Part shown: positions 51,829 through 64,000 of the stretch, piece by piece | How positions within the stretch are numbered: position 1 is the stretch's first letter | How the letters are laid out: each line of letters opens with the position of its first letter | DNA from: Mobula hypostoma | Lineage: Eukaryota | NCBI RefSeq assembly: GCF_963921235.1 | Contig: NC_086118.1 | Location: 19,656,001 to 19,720,000, forward strand | Direction of reading: 5' to 3' | DNA length: 64,000 bases | The notes under the pieces: model-generated | The model's database searches: none | What the model was told of the DNA's origin: nothing | Seen by the model: the letters and a program-made list of their open reading frames with translations, nothing else | Translations under genes and position numbers: made by a program

Positions 51829-52413
51829 ATGATGGCCTTGACTATCAGGGCCTCCGGCACTGAGTCTGACCCTGTGGTGCAGAAGGGTGGGACGGAGAAG
51901 AGGAGAGCTGTCGTCATTGGAGACTCTATAGTCAGGGGAGCAGACAGGAGATTTTGTGGACGTGAGAAGGACACCCGCATGGTTTGTTGCCTCCCGGGTG
52001 CCAGGGTCTGGGGTGTCTCTGACCGGGTGCACGACATCCTGGTACGAGAGGGAAAGCAACCAGAAGTCGTGATACATGTTGGGACCAACGACATAGGCAG
52101 GAAGAGGGATGAGGTCCTGAAGTGTGAGTTTCGGGAAGTAGACAGAAGGCTGAAGAACAGGACCTCAAGGGTGGCGTTCTCAGGATTGCTGCCAGTGCTA
52201 CGTGACAGAGATGTTAAGAATTGGAGGAGATGGCAGTTGAATGTGTGGCTGAGGAGTTGGTGCAGGGAGCAGGGTTTTAGATTTTTAGATCATTGGGATC
52301 TCTTCTGGGGAAGATGGGACCTGTACAGATTGGATGGGTTGCACCTGAACTCGAGGGGGAGAAATATCCCTGCAGGTAGGTTTGCTAGCATGGTTCGGGA
52401 GGGTTTAAACTAA
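51829..52413 (+). CDS. CR1 ORF1 SGNH/GDSL esterase-like domain (partial)
   Basis: VIGDSIVR, CLPGARV, HVGTND and DGLHLN blocks. Confidence 0.9.
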   Translation: MMALTIRASGTESDPVVQKGGTEKRRAVVIGDSIVRGADRRFCGREKDTRMVCCLPGARVWGVSDRVHDILVREGKQPEVVIHVGTNDIGRKRDEVLKCEFREVDRRLKNRTSRVAFSGLLPVLRDRDVKNWRRWQLNVWLRSWCREQGFRFLDHWDLFWGRWDLYRLDGLHLNSRGRNIPAGRFASMVREGLN

Positions 52414-52448
52414 TTTGCAAGGGGGATGGGACCCAGAGCGATAGAGCA

Positions 52449-55334
52449 GTGAAAGAAGTGCATGGAGTAAAGCCAGATCTAACATACAGAGAGGCTTTGA
52501 GGAAAGAGAAGCAGAATAAACGTTGTAAAGACAGTAAGGTAGAAGGGCTGAAATGTGTGTACCTCAATGCAAGAAGCATCAGGAACAAAGGTGAAGAATT
52601 GAGAGCTTGGATACATACATGGAATTATGATGTAGTGGCCATTACAGAGACTTGGCTGGCACCAGGGCAGGAATGGATTCTCAATATTCCTGGATTTCAG
52701 TGCTTTAAAAGCGATAGAGGGGGTGGGAAAAGGGGAGGAGGGGTGACATTACTGGTCAGGGATACTATTACAGCTACAGAAAGGGTGAGTAATGTAGCAG
52801 GATCCTCTTTTGAGTCAGTATGGGTGGAAGTCAGGAACAGGAAGGGAGCAGTTACTCTACTGGGGGTATTCTATAGGCTCCCTGGTAGCAGCAGAGATAC
52901 AGAGGAGCAGATTGGGAGGCAGATTTTGGAAAGGTGCAAAAATAACAGGGTTGTTATCATGGGTGACTTTAACTTCCCTAATATTGATTGGCACCTGATT
53001 AGTTCTAAGGGTTTAGATGGGGCAGAATTTGTTAAGTGTGTCCAGGATGGATTCCTGTCACAGTATGTGGACAGGCCGACCAGGGGGAATGCCATACTAG
53101 ATCTAGTACTAGGTAATGAACCGGGTCAAGTCACAGATCTCTCAGTGGGTGAGCATCTGGGGGACAGTGACCACCGCTCCCTGGCCTTTAGCATTATCAT
53201 GGAAAAGGATAGAATCAAAGAGGACAGGAAAATTTTTAATTGGGGAAAGGCAAATTATGAGGCTATAAGACTAGAACTTGTGGGTGTGAATTGGGATGAC
53301 ATTTTTGCAGGGAAATGTACTATGGACATGTGGTCAATGTTTAGCGATCTCTTGCGGGATGTAAGGGATAAATTTGTCCCGGTGAAGAAGATAAAGAATG
53401 GTAGGGTGAAGGAACCATGGGTGACAAATGAGGTGGAAAATCTAGTCAGAAGGAAGAAGGCAGCATACATGAGGTTTAGGAAGCAAGGATCAGATGGGTC
53501 TATTAAGGAATATAGGGAAGCAAGAGAGGAGCTTAAGAAGGGGCTAAGAAGAGCAAGAAGGGGGCATGAGAAGGCCTTGGCGAGAAGGGTAAAGGAAAAC
53601 CCCAAGACATTCTTCAATTATGTGAAGAAAAAAAAGATGACAGGAGTGAAGGTAGGACCGATTAGAGATAAAGGTGGGAAGATGTGCCTGGAGGCTGTGG
53701 AAGTGAGCGAGGTCCTCAATGAATACTTCTCTTCGGTATTCACCACTTAATGACTTAATGATGGTGAGGACAATATGAGTGAGGTTGATGTTCTGGAGCA
53801 TGCTGATATTAAGGGAGAGGAGGTGTTGGAGTTGTTAAAATACATTAGGATAGATAAGTCCCCTGGGCCTGACGGAATATTCCCCAGGCTGCTCCACGAT
53901 GCGAGAGAAGAGATTGCTGAGCCTCTGGCTAGGATCTTTATGTCCTCGTTGTCCACGGGAATGGTACCGGAGGATTAGAGGGAGGCGAATGTTGTCCACT
54001 TGTTCAAAAAAGGTAGTAGAGATAGTCCGGGTAATTATAGCCCAGTGAGCCTTACGTCTGTGGTGGGAAAGCTGTTGGAAGAGATTCTTAGAGATAGGAT
54101 CTATAGGCATTTAGAGAATCATGGTCTGATCAGGGACAGTCAGCATGGCTTTGGGAAGGGCAGATCGTGTCTAACAAGCCTGATAGAGTTCTTTGAGGAG
54201 GTGACCAGGCATATAGATGAGGGTAGTGCAGTGGATGTGATCTATATGGATTTTAGTAAGGCATTTGTCAAGGTTCCACACGGTAGGCTTATTCAGAAAG
54301 TTAGAAGGCATGGGATCCAGGGAAGTTTGGCCAGGTGGATTCAGAATTGGCTTGCCTGCAGAAGGCAGAGGTTGGTGGTGGAGGGAGTACATTCAGATTG
54401 GAGGATTGTGACTAGTGCTGTCCCACAAGGATCTGTTCTGGGACCTCTACTTTTCGTGATTTTTATTAACGACCTGGATATGGGGGTAGAAGGGTGGGTT
54501 GGCAGGTTTGCAGACGACACAAAGGTTGGTGGTGTAGATAGTGTAGAGGATTGTCAAAGATTGCAGACAGACATTGATAGGATGCAGAAGTGGGCTGAGA
54601 AGTGGCAGATGGAGTTCAACCCAGAGAAGTGTGAGGTGGTACACTTTGGAAGGACAAATTCCAAGGCAGAGTACAAAGTAAATGGCAGGATACTTGGTAG
54701 TGTGGAGGAGCAGAGAGATCTCGGGGTACATGTCCACAGATCCCTGAAAGTTGCCTCACAGGTGGATAGGGTAGTTAAGAAAGCATATGGGGTGTTAGCT
54801 TTCATAAGTCAAGGGATAGAGTTTAAGAGTCGCGATGTAATGATGCAGCTCTATAAAACTCTGGTTAGGCCACACTTGGAGTATTGTGTCCAGTTCTGGT
54901 CACCTCACTATAGGAAGGATGTGGAAGCATTGGAAAGGGTACAGAGGAGATTTACCAGAATGCTGCCTGGTTTAGAAAGTATGCATTATGATCAGAGATT
55001 AAGGGAGCTAGGGCTTTACTCTTTGGAGAGAAGGAGGATGAGAGGAGACATGATAGAGGTGTACAAGATAATAAGAGGAATAGATAGAGTGGATAGCCAG
55101 CGCCTCTTCCCCAGGGCACCATTGCTCAATACAAGAGGACATGGCTTTAAGGTAAGGGGTGGGAAGTTCAAGGGGGATATTAGAGGAAGGTTTTTCACTC
55201 AGAGAGTGGTTGGTGCGTGGAATGCACTGCCTGAGTCGGTGGTGGAGGCAGATACACTAGTGAAGTTTAAGAGACTACTAGACAGGTATATGGAGGAATC
55301 TAAGGTGGGGGCTTATATGGGAGGCAGGGTTTGA
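52449..55334 (+). pseudogene. CR1 ORF2 (APE endonuclease plus reverse transcriptase), disrupted near 53748 and 53976
   Basis: YLNARS, ITETW, MGDFNFP, LDLVL and SDH (APE motifs); DFSKAF, VPQGSVLGP and FADD (RT motifs); two in-frame stops. Confidence 0.95.
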
Positions 55335-55399
55335 GGGTCAGCACAACATTGTGGGCTGAAGGGCCTGTACTGTGCTGTATTATTCTATGTTCTATAATA

Positions 55400-56710
55400 T
55401 GTTGTATTAGTTATAGTGTTAAACTTACTATTTGGGTATAGGCATATATTGTGCATGTGGTACCCCTACAATGCAACAAATATGACCACTAGGCCTACCA
55501 ATACTGCCATTTGTATTGTGTTAAATGTTACCAGAACAATCTGTATATGCGGTTGACAAAATCCCATGGTCTGACAGAACAGATTGGGTAGCCCTTGCTC
55601 AGTTAAAGTTTTCTGGGAAAACACAAACGTTGGGAAGATGTGTCAATTCTTCTCAGTCAGGTCCAATCCTTAACAAGGGAAAGGGGGCAGACTTGAACAA
55701 TTATACCTAGAGTCAAGAGTCACCAAAATGGGAAGAAACTTATGTAGATATGGCTGGTATTAGAATGCCAAGCTACAGTACACCACAGACGTTCACTCCC
55801 TAGGAGGGACATAACCAACCCCTATGTTCTGACATCTTTTTACGGGAATTCAGAATTAACAGCCTGAAATGAAAAGCACAGACAGAATCCTCAACAGGAG
55901 AAATGTACTCTTTCTTTCCTCTATAAATGTTTCTTCTTCAATGTATGTTATTATATTGTGAAATAATGTAACTGATGAATATAATTTTCTATAACTAAAA
56001 TGTGAGATTACTAATCCTTAGGCAAAAGGAGACAGCAATACACAATTGGTAATGTGCTTGCAAGACTCATTTTCAGAAAACCTGAATAATATTGTGCACT
56101 GAAACAAAAGCAATACAAACACTCTTGTAAAGGAAATGAACTATCTTCAGCTCAGTGAAAGAGATTATTAGCTGACTTGATGAGCTAACGATGTCAAAGA
56201 CAGTGGTCCAAATGTGCTTCGATGAAACAGCAAGAACTGATTGTGAAGTAGAAAAATTTAAAGATGGACTAATATGTACATTGATGCATTGTTGTCATGT
56301 GTTTATGAAAAAATTATAATAGCAACGATTCTTAAGTTTTCTGAAATGTGTGCAATTGAGATTAAGGAACTGCATTCATTGAGAATCAAGTCAAAGAGTA
56401 CTCTACTAGCACTAGTAGCTTATCAGAACAGTTGGCTCATAGCATCTTGACTGATTTCTCAAGAGTTGCAGTGTAAGGCAATTGGGTTATTTAATTGGAC
56501 TTGTTCCAAACCAGACAAGTTGGTAAGTTATTTAGTTCAAGGAAACTTACAGACCATATTTATATTATCACTTACCATATCAAGCAGCCGATGTGTTAAT
56601 AGTTGGAAGGTTTGTCTGCTCAAAGGGTTAGCTTTACAGCTAATTGTGGGCACCTGGGAACAGTGTCTCCAGAAGTTTTTGGACCGTTTGTGTAAAAGAG
56701 GTATCTAAAA
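55400..56710 (+). pseudogene. probable continuation of the foamy-like env (SU end, TM start)
   Basis: WYPYNATNMTTRPTNTAICIVLNVTRTICICG (55458-55556) has three N-glycosylation sequons and cysteines. It lies directly after the CR1 insertion. Heavily decayed. Confidence 0.4.
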
Positions 56711-57324
56711 AAAAAATCATACTCATGTGAAGATAACCAAGTGGCAGATAAACAGTACAAATGTAGAGAGCAGTTCAAGCTTATTAGGAATGGTAAAGGA
56801 ATAGCAAGAAGAATGACAGAAATAAGGGGTAAACTGGAATCCAATCTTTTGTCTTCAATTTCTACGATAGTGGATTCATTTGTCTGCATCATTAGTATGT
56901 CTTTTTAGCTTACAGGAATTTTATCTGTATTTTGGAAATCCTTTGTGCTTCACAAATAGTTTGTACTTTGGAATTTTTTTCAAAAATAAAAATCCTCTTT
57001 GAGATTTGTTTTAAGAGCTTTATTTGGATTTAAATGTGTCTAAATAATGAACTGTGTTTCAACTACTTTGTTAGCTGGAAGTATTTCCTTTTTTTGGTAG
57101 AGAGGCAGTACCCACTGTTCAAATAGTAGGTATTAACAGCTAACCACACCATGGATGACAAACAGGGAAGTGAACTCATTTTTGAAGTGTAGGTAATTAC
57201 AGTATAATTTTCATTTAGTGAGGGTACCAGTGCTATCTATATCAGATAGGGCTTAAGGTCTTCAGTTGAATTTAGTCAGCAAACAATATTATCACAGTGT
57301 CAGTGTTGATATAGTGTTGAATTC

Positions 57325-58435
57325 TCCATCAGCACAGATGCATCACAAGGCTGTGTGCTTAGACCTCTGCTCTACTCACCTTACACCTATAACCATGTGG
57401 CTAAGCACAGCTCCAATGTCTCAAACAACTTTTCTGACGACACCACAGTCATAAGCCAAATCAAAGATGGCGATGAATCAGCACATAGGAGGGAGATGGA
57501 AAATCTGTCTGAGTGGTACCTCAGCAACAACCTCTTACTCAATGTCTGCATGACTAAGGAGCTGTTTATTGACTTCAGGAGGAGGAAATCAGAGGTCCAT
57601 CAGCCTGTCCTCATTGGTGGATCAATGGTGAGGAGGGACAGCAACTTTTATTATCATTTCAGAGGTCCTGCCCTGGGCCCAGAATGTAAGTGGAATTACA
57701 AAGAAAGCACAGCAGAGCCTCTACTTTCTTGGGAGTTTGCAAAGATTCAGCCTAACATCTAAAATTTCTGACAAACTTCTATATGTATTTGGTGGAGAGT
57801 ATGTTGACTGGCTGCATCACAGCCTGATGTGGAAACACCAATGCCCTTGAACAGAAAAGGGTACAAAAATAGTGGCTATGGCCTATCACAAGTAAAGCCT
57901 TCCCCACCATTGAACGTGTCTACACAAAGCATTGTTGAAGGAAAGCAGCATCCATCACCAGGGGCCCTACCACCAATGTCATGCTCCTGCCATCAGGTCA
58001 CGCTCTCACTGCTGCCATCAGGAAGGTGATACAGGAGCCTCAGGACTCACACCACCAGGTTCATGAACCTTTATTAACCTTCAACCATCGGGCTCTTAAA
58101 CCAAAGGGGATAGCTTTAGTCAGCTTCACTTGTCCCATCATTGAGATGTTCCCACAACCAATGAACTCACTTACAAGAGCTTTTTTACCCATGTTCTCAA
58201 TACAGTACTTATTGCTTATTTATTTGTTATTATTATTTCTTTCTTTTTGTATTTGCACAGTTAGTTGTCTTTTGCACACTGTTTGAACACATAAGTAGGT
58301 GCACTGGTTCATTGATTCTATCATGGTTATTATTCTATTAAAGATTTATTAATTATGCCTGCAAGAAAATGAATCTCAGGATTGTGTATAGAGACATATA
58401 TGTACTTTAATAATAAATTTACTTTGAACTTTGAA
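57325..58435 (+). mobile_element. Rex1/Babar LINE 3' fragment
   Basis: PLLYSPYTYN, FSDDTTVI, LLLNVCMTKELFIDFRR and LLPSGR motifs with an AATAAATTTACTTTGAACTTTG tail. Confidence 0.88.
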
Positions 58436-59058
58436 ATGAGTTAGTATAGTGTTGAAAATGGATTAATATTATGTTGGGCTTGGTATAGTACTCTGATATT
58501 TTTGCAGTGGTTTGGTACTTTGGCGTTATTAGTACAGTGATAGTGTTGGTATAATATAAGATTTAGGATGATGCTATGGATTTGACAGGCTAGTTTTATT
58601 AGTGCTGGGATCATAATGGGATTGGATAATATGGCATCAGGCCTTGATAAAAGATGAAAGCTCATATGGTTTCAAGGTTGATCTGATGGGCTTGAGGGAG
58701 ATTATGCTCGTGAAATCCTCAGTTATGGTCGAGCATGCTGTAAAATACACTATTCCCAAATAAGTCATTCTTGCCTCTTAAACACTTTACCTTTTATATT
58801 TATGACCAAAGCAAGGCAAATAATTGAAACTTCAGGACGATGTCAGATAATGTCAAGGATGCTGCTAAAGTAGATCCTGAGTGAAGAGATCTATTACCCA
58901 TATTTAAAATTTAAATTAATAGCAACACAGCAAACAACTGAAATCTTCTATCTCTTGACCTCATATTAGCTGTCAACCTTGAAAGGCTCGGTCTTTTTAA
59001 AACTGTGTCTCAGTTGAATTGTTGAGGAGTTCGCTGTCTGTCACCTCCCACAAACTGA

Positions 59059-59511
59059 TTTAAACTGTCATTCTATTTTGCTCCACATCAACGATCTGCT
59101 CCTGTTCTTCTTAGGCTTGCAAATCCCTACCTGCAAGTCAATATTCAGCTTGATTCATTTGTCTCATTCAATCCATACCACATTGTTCTAGCAAACCTAC
59201 GCCTATTACTTTCAGAAAAATGGATAGTCTCAATTATCCGTGCAGCTGATCCCATTTATTCTCACTTTCAGTTTGCCAGTCAGAAGATAGAAAGTGGCAA
59301 GACACAGTGCCACATCCCACATACATCCAATGCATCACATCTGCTTTGTGAAAACATTCATAGCACAAAATATTGCAATGGAGATAAATTAATAACATGG
59401 TTATACTACAAATACTGCCTTATCTTAGCTTGTTGTACTCGTGTTTACGCCTCCATTGAAAACAGGCTGTACCAAATTACCAAGTGTTTATACTCTCTGT
59501 CTGATGTTTAA
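59059..59511 (+). pseudogene. stop-free Cys-containing frame, possible env TM remnant
   Basis: 150 codons with no stop and no ATG, including QCHIPH...HLLCENIHSTKYCNG. Confidence 0.3.
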
Positions 59512-59834
59512 CTCCATTGCCTCCAACAGGACTACAGTGTGATGGATACATCAAGCAGTTAACGTAATACTGCTCAATATGTTATAATCTAAGACCAATC
59601 ATTAACTGCCAGACATATCCAAATGATCTTTGGTGTTGCTTGCAATGGAAAGTAAAAGAAGTGGAGGTATCATCACAACACTCATTATCAAAAGGGGAAA
59701 TTTCTCAGCAAAAGGCTGTAACAATACATCAGTCGTACTGCATGATATCCTTCTGCACTAGGCTGCTTCCACTTTAAAAAGTAAATATACCCAAACAAAT
59801 CATCCGTTAGTTAAACGTGTACTGTATACATTAG

Positions 59835-60632
59835 AGGGTTAATGGCGCCTAACGGCAACTTCTTTGCTCGCATCTTCGGAAACAGCTCGATTTCTATCTT
59901 TAATATCGATTTTTTTTTTCCTTTCAGGGCTCTTTTGAAGACCCTGACCTGGAGTTACACAGTGACTACAGTTCTTTGCGGGAATGGGACCCGCTCTCAA
60001 GGTTCCGTAACAGGCTGATATTCGGCCTAAGAATTCGGCTTGGATTCGGAAGCCTAGGATCTCGGGGCTCTGGAGATGGGCGGATCGAGGGTCGCTGTCA
60101 TGACAGGAGACCCGTGTGTCATCGAGGGAGTCAAAATATCTATGGCTGTGTGCCTGGAGACCTGGGATCTTTGCGATCTTCAGGCACAGAGCTTGAGAAA
60201 AGTGACGTAACGGACTTTTAGCATCGTAAACCAGCGAGATGTTTGTTATGTCTTCCTGCTAGCTGGGAAAATGGAGACACCTGTTTCTCCCTTATTAGGG
60301 AGAGAGAGAACCTGCGGTATGCTGAATGCCAGGTGAAATGCAAAGTCTTGGGGGTAAATACAAGTCTGTGACTTTGCTATTGCTTTGCTCTCGCTTGAAT
60401 GCTCAGTGGTAGTGCCAATGCTTTATTTTTGCCGGTGGGAGGAGGGGGAATGGTTGCTCGCTGCCGCTTACGTGCGGGGGGGGGGGCGGAGCTGGGGAGG
60501 TCTTTGGGGTTCCAACATTTAACTGTCGTTTGGGGCACTCCTTTGTTTTCGTGGATGGTTGCGAAGAAAAAACATTTCAGGATGTATATTGTATACATTT
60601 TTCTCACATTAAATTGCACCTTTGAACCTTTG
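59835..60632 (+). mobile_element. non-autonomous retroposon (CpG-rich, CTTTGAAC-type tail)
   Basis: Starts near ATGGCGCCTAACGGC and ends ATTAAATTGCACCTTTGAACCTTTG; related to 7833-8220. Confidence 0.6.
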
Positions 60633-60844
60633 AGAGAGATACAGTTATCAAATGAACTCATCTCTGTTGCAAAGCTTCACTGTCATCACTGAAATTCCTG
60701 ATGCAGTGGCAGCTATATTATGGAACCAATCTCGCATTAAAATCCAACATCATCCTTCACTTCACATTGTCCATCACCATCTTGTTGGATATTACGTTAA
60801 TGTACCAATTGAATACTTGTAGTGAGAATCGATTCTCAAAACTT

Positions 60845-63815
60845 CACAGCTCTTTCCACAGTCTCACCAGCTGCTGATGAAGAAGTTTCCTCTCATGTTC
60901 CCCTTAAAAATTTCACCTTTCACTCTTAAACCAAAACCTCTAGTTGTAGCTTCACCCAACCTCTGTTTAAAAAAAAAGCTTGCTTGTATTTACCCTATCT
61001 ATATTCCGCATAATCTTGTAAACCTCTATCAAATCTCTCCTCAGTCTTCTACGTTCTAGAGAATAAAGTTTTAACCTCTTGAATCTTTCCTAATAACTCA
61101 GGTCTTCCGGTTCCAGCAATATCCTTGTAAATTTTCTCTGTACTCTTTCAATCTTATTTGCATCTTTCCTGTAGGTAGGTGATCAAAACTGCACACAATA
61201 CTCCAAATTAGGCCTCACCGACATCTTATGCAACTTCAACATAACATACCAACTCTTGTTCTCAATACTTTGATTTATGAAGGCCAAAGTACCAAAAGAT
61301 TTCTTTACAACCGTATCTACCTGTGGCACCACTTTCAATGAATTCTGAACCTGTATTCTCAGATCCCATTGTTCTACCACTCTCATCAATACCCTAATAC
61401 TTACTTTGTTGGTCTACTCTGGTTGGTCCTCCTAAACTTGTCTGCATTAAATTCTATCAGCCATTTTTCAGCGCATTTTTCCAGTTGGTCCAGAATCCAC
61501 TTAGGCTTTGATTGTCTTCCCTGTTGTCCACTAAACCCACAATCTTGGTGTCATCCACAAATATGTTGATTCAGTTATCCACATTATCATCTATATCATT
61601 CATATAGATGACAAACAACAATGGACCCAGCACTAATCCCAGGGGTACCCCACTAGTCACAGGCCTCCAGTCAGAGAAGCAACCATCTACTACCACTTTC
61701 TGGCTTCTCCCACAGAACCAATCCAATCCAATTTCCTACCTTATCTTGAATGCCAAGCAACTGAACCTTCTCCACCAACCTCCCATGTGGGACCTTGTCA
61801 AATGCCTTGCTAAGGTCCATGCAGGTAACACTCACTGGTTTCCTTCATCAACTTTTCTAGTAACTTCCTCGAAAAACTCTATTAGATTGGTTAGGCATGA
61901 TCTACAAAGCATAAAGCTGTGCTAACTATCCCTAATTAGTCCCTGTCTATCCAAATACTCATATATACAGTCTCTTAGAATACCTTCCAATATCATTCCC
62001 ATCAACACATCAAAGTTGTTGGTGAACGCAGCAGGCCAGGTAGCATCTCTAGGAAGAGGTACAGTCGACGTTTCAGGCCGAGACCCTTTGTCAGGACTGA
62101 TGAAGGGTCTCAGCCTGAAACGTCGACTGTACCTCTTCCTAGAGATGCTGCCTGGCCTGCTGCGTTCACCAGCAACTTTGATGTGTGTTGCTTGAATTTC
62201 CAGCATCTGCAGAATTCCTTTGTGTTTGCATTTTTAATACCATTCCCATGACTGATGTCGGGCTCACAAGCCTTTAATTTCCTATGGTACCTCACCTGTC
62301 TCTAAGGATGATTTAATTATCTCTGCTAGGGCCCTTGCAATTTCTGCACTTGCCTCCTGCAAGGTCTGAGGAAACACTTGTCAGGCCCTGGGGATTTGTC
62401 CATCCTGATTTGCCTCGAGATAGCAATCACCTACTCCTCTGCAATCTATATAGGGTCCCTGACTTCGTTGCTGCTTTACCTCACTTTGATAGATTCTGTG
62501 CCCGTCTCCCGAGTAAATACGAATGCAAAACATCCATTTATGATCTCTCCCATCTTTTTGGCTCCACACATAGCCATTCTGCTCTTTCAGAGGACCAATT
62601 TTGACCTTTGAAATCTTTTTGCTCCTAACATATCTGTATAAGCCCTTAGGATTCTCCTTCACCTTGTCTGCTAGAGAAACCTCATGCATTCTTTCAGCCC
62701 TCCTGATTCACTTCTTAAGTGTTCTCTTGCATTTTTTTATACTCCTCAAGTACCTCATTTTTCCCTACCTGCCTATAGCTGCTATGCACCTCCTTTTTTT
62801 CCTCTCTTAACCTGGGCCCCAATATCTCTTGAAAACCAAAGTTCCCTAAACCTATTATCCTAGTCTTTTATTCTGACAGCTTTGTACTTTCAAAATTTCA
62901 GTTTTGAAGGCCTCCCACTTACCAAGTACACCTTTGCCAGAAAACAGCCTGTTTCAATCCACACTTGCCAGATCCTTTCTGATACCATCAAAATTGGCCT
63001 TTCTCCAATTTAGAATCTCAACCCAAGGATAGGACCTACCTTATTCCATAATTACCTTGAAAATAATGGCATTATGATCACCAGATGCAAAGTGTATCCC
63101 TACACAAACTTCTGTCACCTGTCCTGCCTCATTCCCAAACAGGAGATCAAGTATTGCACACTCCTTCATTGGAAATTCCATGTACTGATTAAGGAAACTT
63201 TTCTAAACACATTTGGCAGACTCTATCCCATCTGGTCCTTTTACAGTATGGGAGTTCCAGTCAATATGTGGAAAGTTAAGATCACCTAATATCACAACCG
63301 TATGTTTCTTGCAGCAGTCTGCAATCTCTTCACTAATTTGTTCCTCTGACTGGACGGACTGTTGGGTGGTCTATAATACAGCCTCATTATTGTGGGCATA
63401 CCTTTCTTATTCCTCAGTTCCACCATAAAACCTCACTTGACAAGTACTTCAGCCTGTCCTGACTGAGCTCTGCCGCGTCATTTTCCCTAACTAGTAATGC
63501 CACCCCTCCCCTTTATTCCCTCCCGCTCTGTCACATCTACAACAACGGAACCCCATAATATTGAGCTGCCAGTCCTGCCCCTTCTACAACCAAGTCTCAG
63601 TAATGGGTACAATATTATAATTCTCCATGTTGATCCATGCCCTGATCTGCTCTGCCTTTCCTACAATACTTCTTGCATTGAAATATAGGCAAATCAATAT
63701 ATTAGTCTCACCATGCTTTAGGCTCCTGACTTTGTCTGAGATCTTAACAACATCCCTCTCCACAAGCACTCCACTATCTGCTCTGTCACTTTGGTTTCCA
63801 TCCCCCTGCAACTCA
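60845..63815 (-). mobile_element. degenerate CR1 ORF2 (APE plus RT)
   Basis: YFNARSIVGK..ITETWL, KVKENPKG, GLIRDS and VRPNLEYCVQF motifs on the minus strand. Confidence 0.9.
62003..62235. mobile_element. fold-back double-hammerhead Penelope-tail mini-element with 14-bp TSD
   Basis: Inverted arms of about 90 bp centred near 62095, flanked by AATATCATTCCCAT (61989-62002) and AATACCATTCCCAT (62236-62249). Confidence 0.88.
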
Positions 63816-64000
63816 ATTCTGGTCGCCTCACTGCAGGGAGTACGTGGAAACCGTAGAAAGGGTGCAGAGGAGATTTACAAGGATGTTGCTTGGTTTGGGG
63901 AGCATGCCTTAGAATAGGTTCAGTGAACTCAGCTTTTTCTCCTTGGAGCGACGGAGGATGAGAGGCGACCTGATAGAGGTGTATAAGATAATGAGAGGCA
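63816..64000 (+). mobile_element. CR1 ORF2 C-terminal fragment (runs off the window)
   Basis: ERVQRRFTRML..LFSLERRRMRGDLIEVYK motif. Confidence 0.85.

Larger units (their letters stand above)
51820..55397 (+). mobile_element. near-complete young CR1 LINE (5'-truncated within ORF1)
   Basis: Esterase ORF1 plus APE-RT ORF2, a TTCTATG tail, and a candidate TSD TATGTTGT (51812-51819, 55398-55405). Confidence 0.97.

Overview
This window is eukaryotic, AT-rich and dominated by repeats. I found no host protein-coding exon I can support, and no rRNA, tRNA, CRISPR or prokaryotic features. The repeat mix (many CR1, Rex1/Babar, V-SINE and Penelope-like tails) suggests a cartilaginous fish such as a ray or shark; this is an inference. 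The highlights are: (1) a decayed foamy-virus-like endogenous retrovirus at about 46.3-59.8 kb (pro, RT, IN and an env with a leader peptide and furin site), split by a young CR1 and a Rex element; (2) an ERV-L-like gag remnant at about 22.2-24.9 kb; (3) many Penelope-like GIY-YIG fragments with minimal hammerhead ribozyme motifs, including tiny ribozyme-tail-only insertions (two of them fold-backs) with their own target-site duplications; (4) a 27 x 39-bp minisatellite that is open on both strands; (5) Nimb/I, HERO, L1, RTE-derived, Harbinger and Tigger elements and solo LTRs, often nested. Family calls rest on protein and DNA motifs recognised by eye and recalled from memory, not on database searches. 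Most boundaries are approximate.
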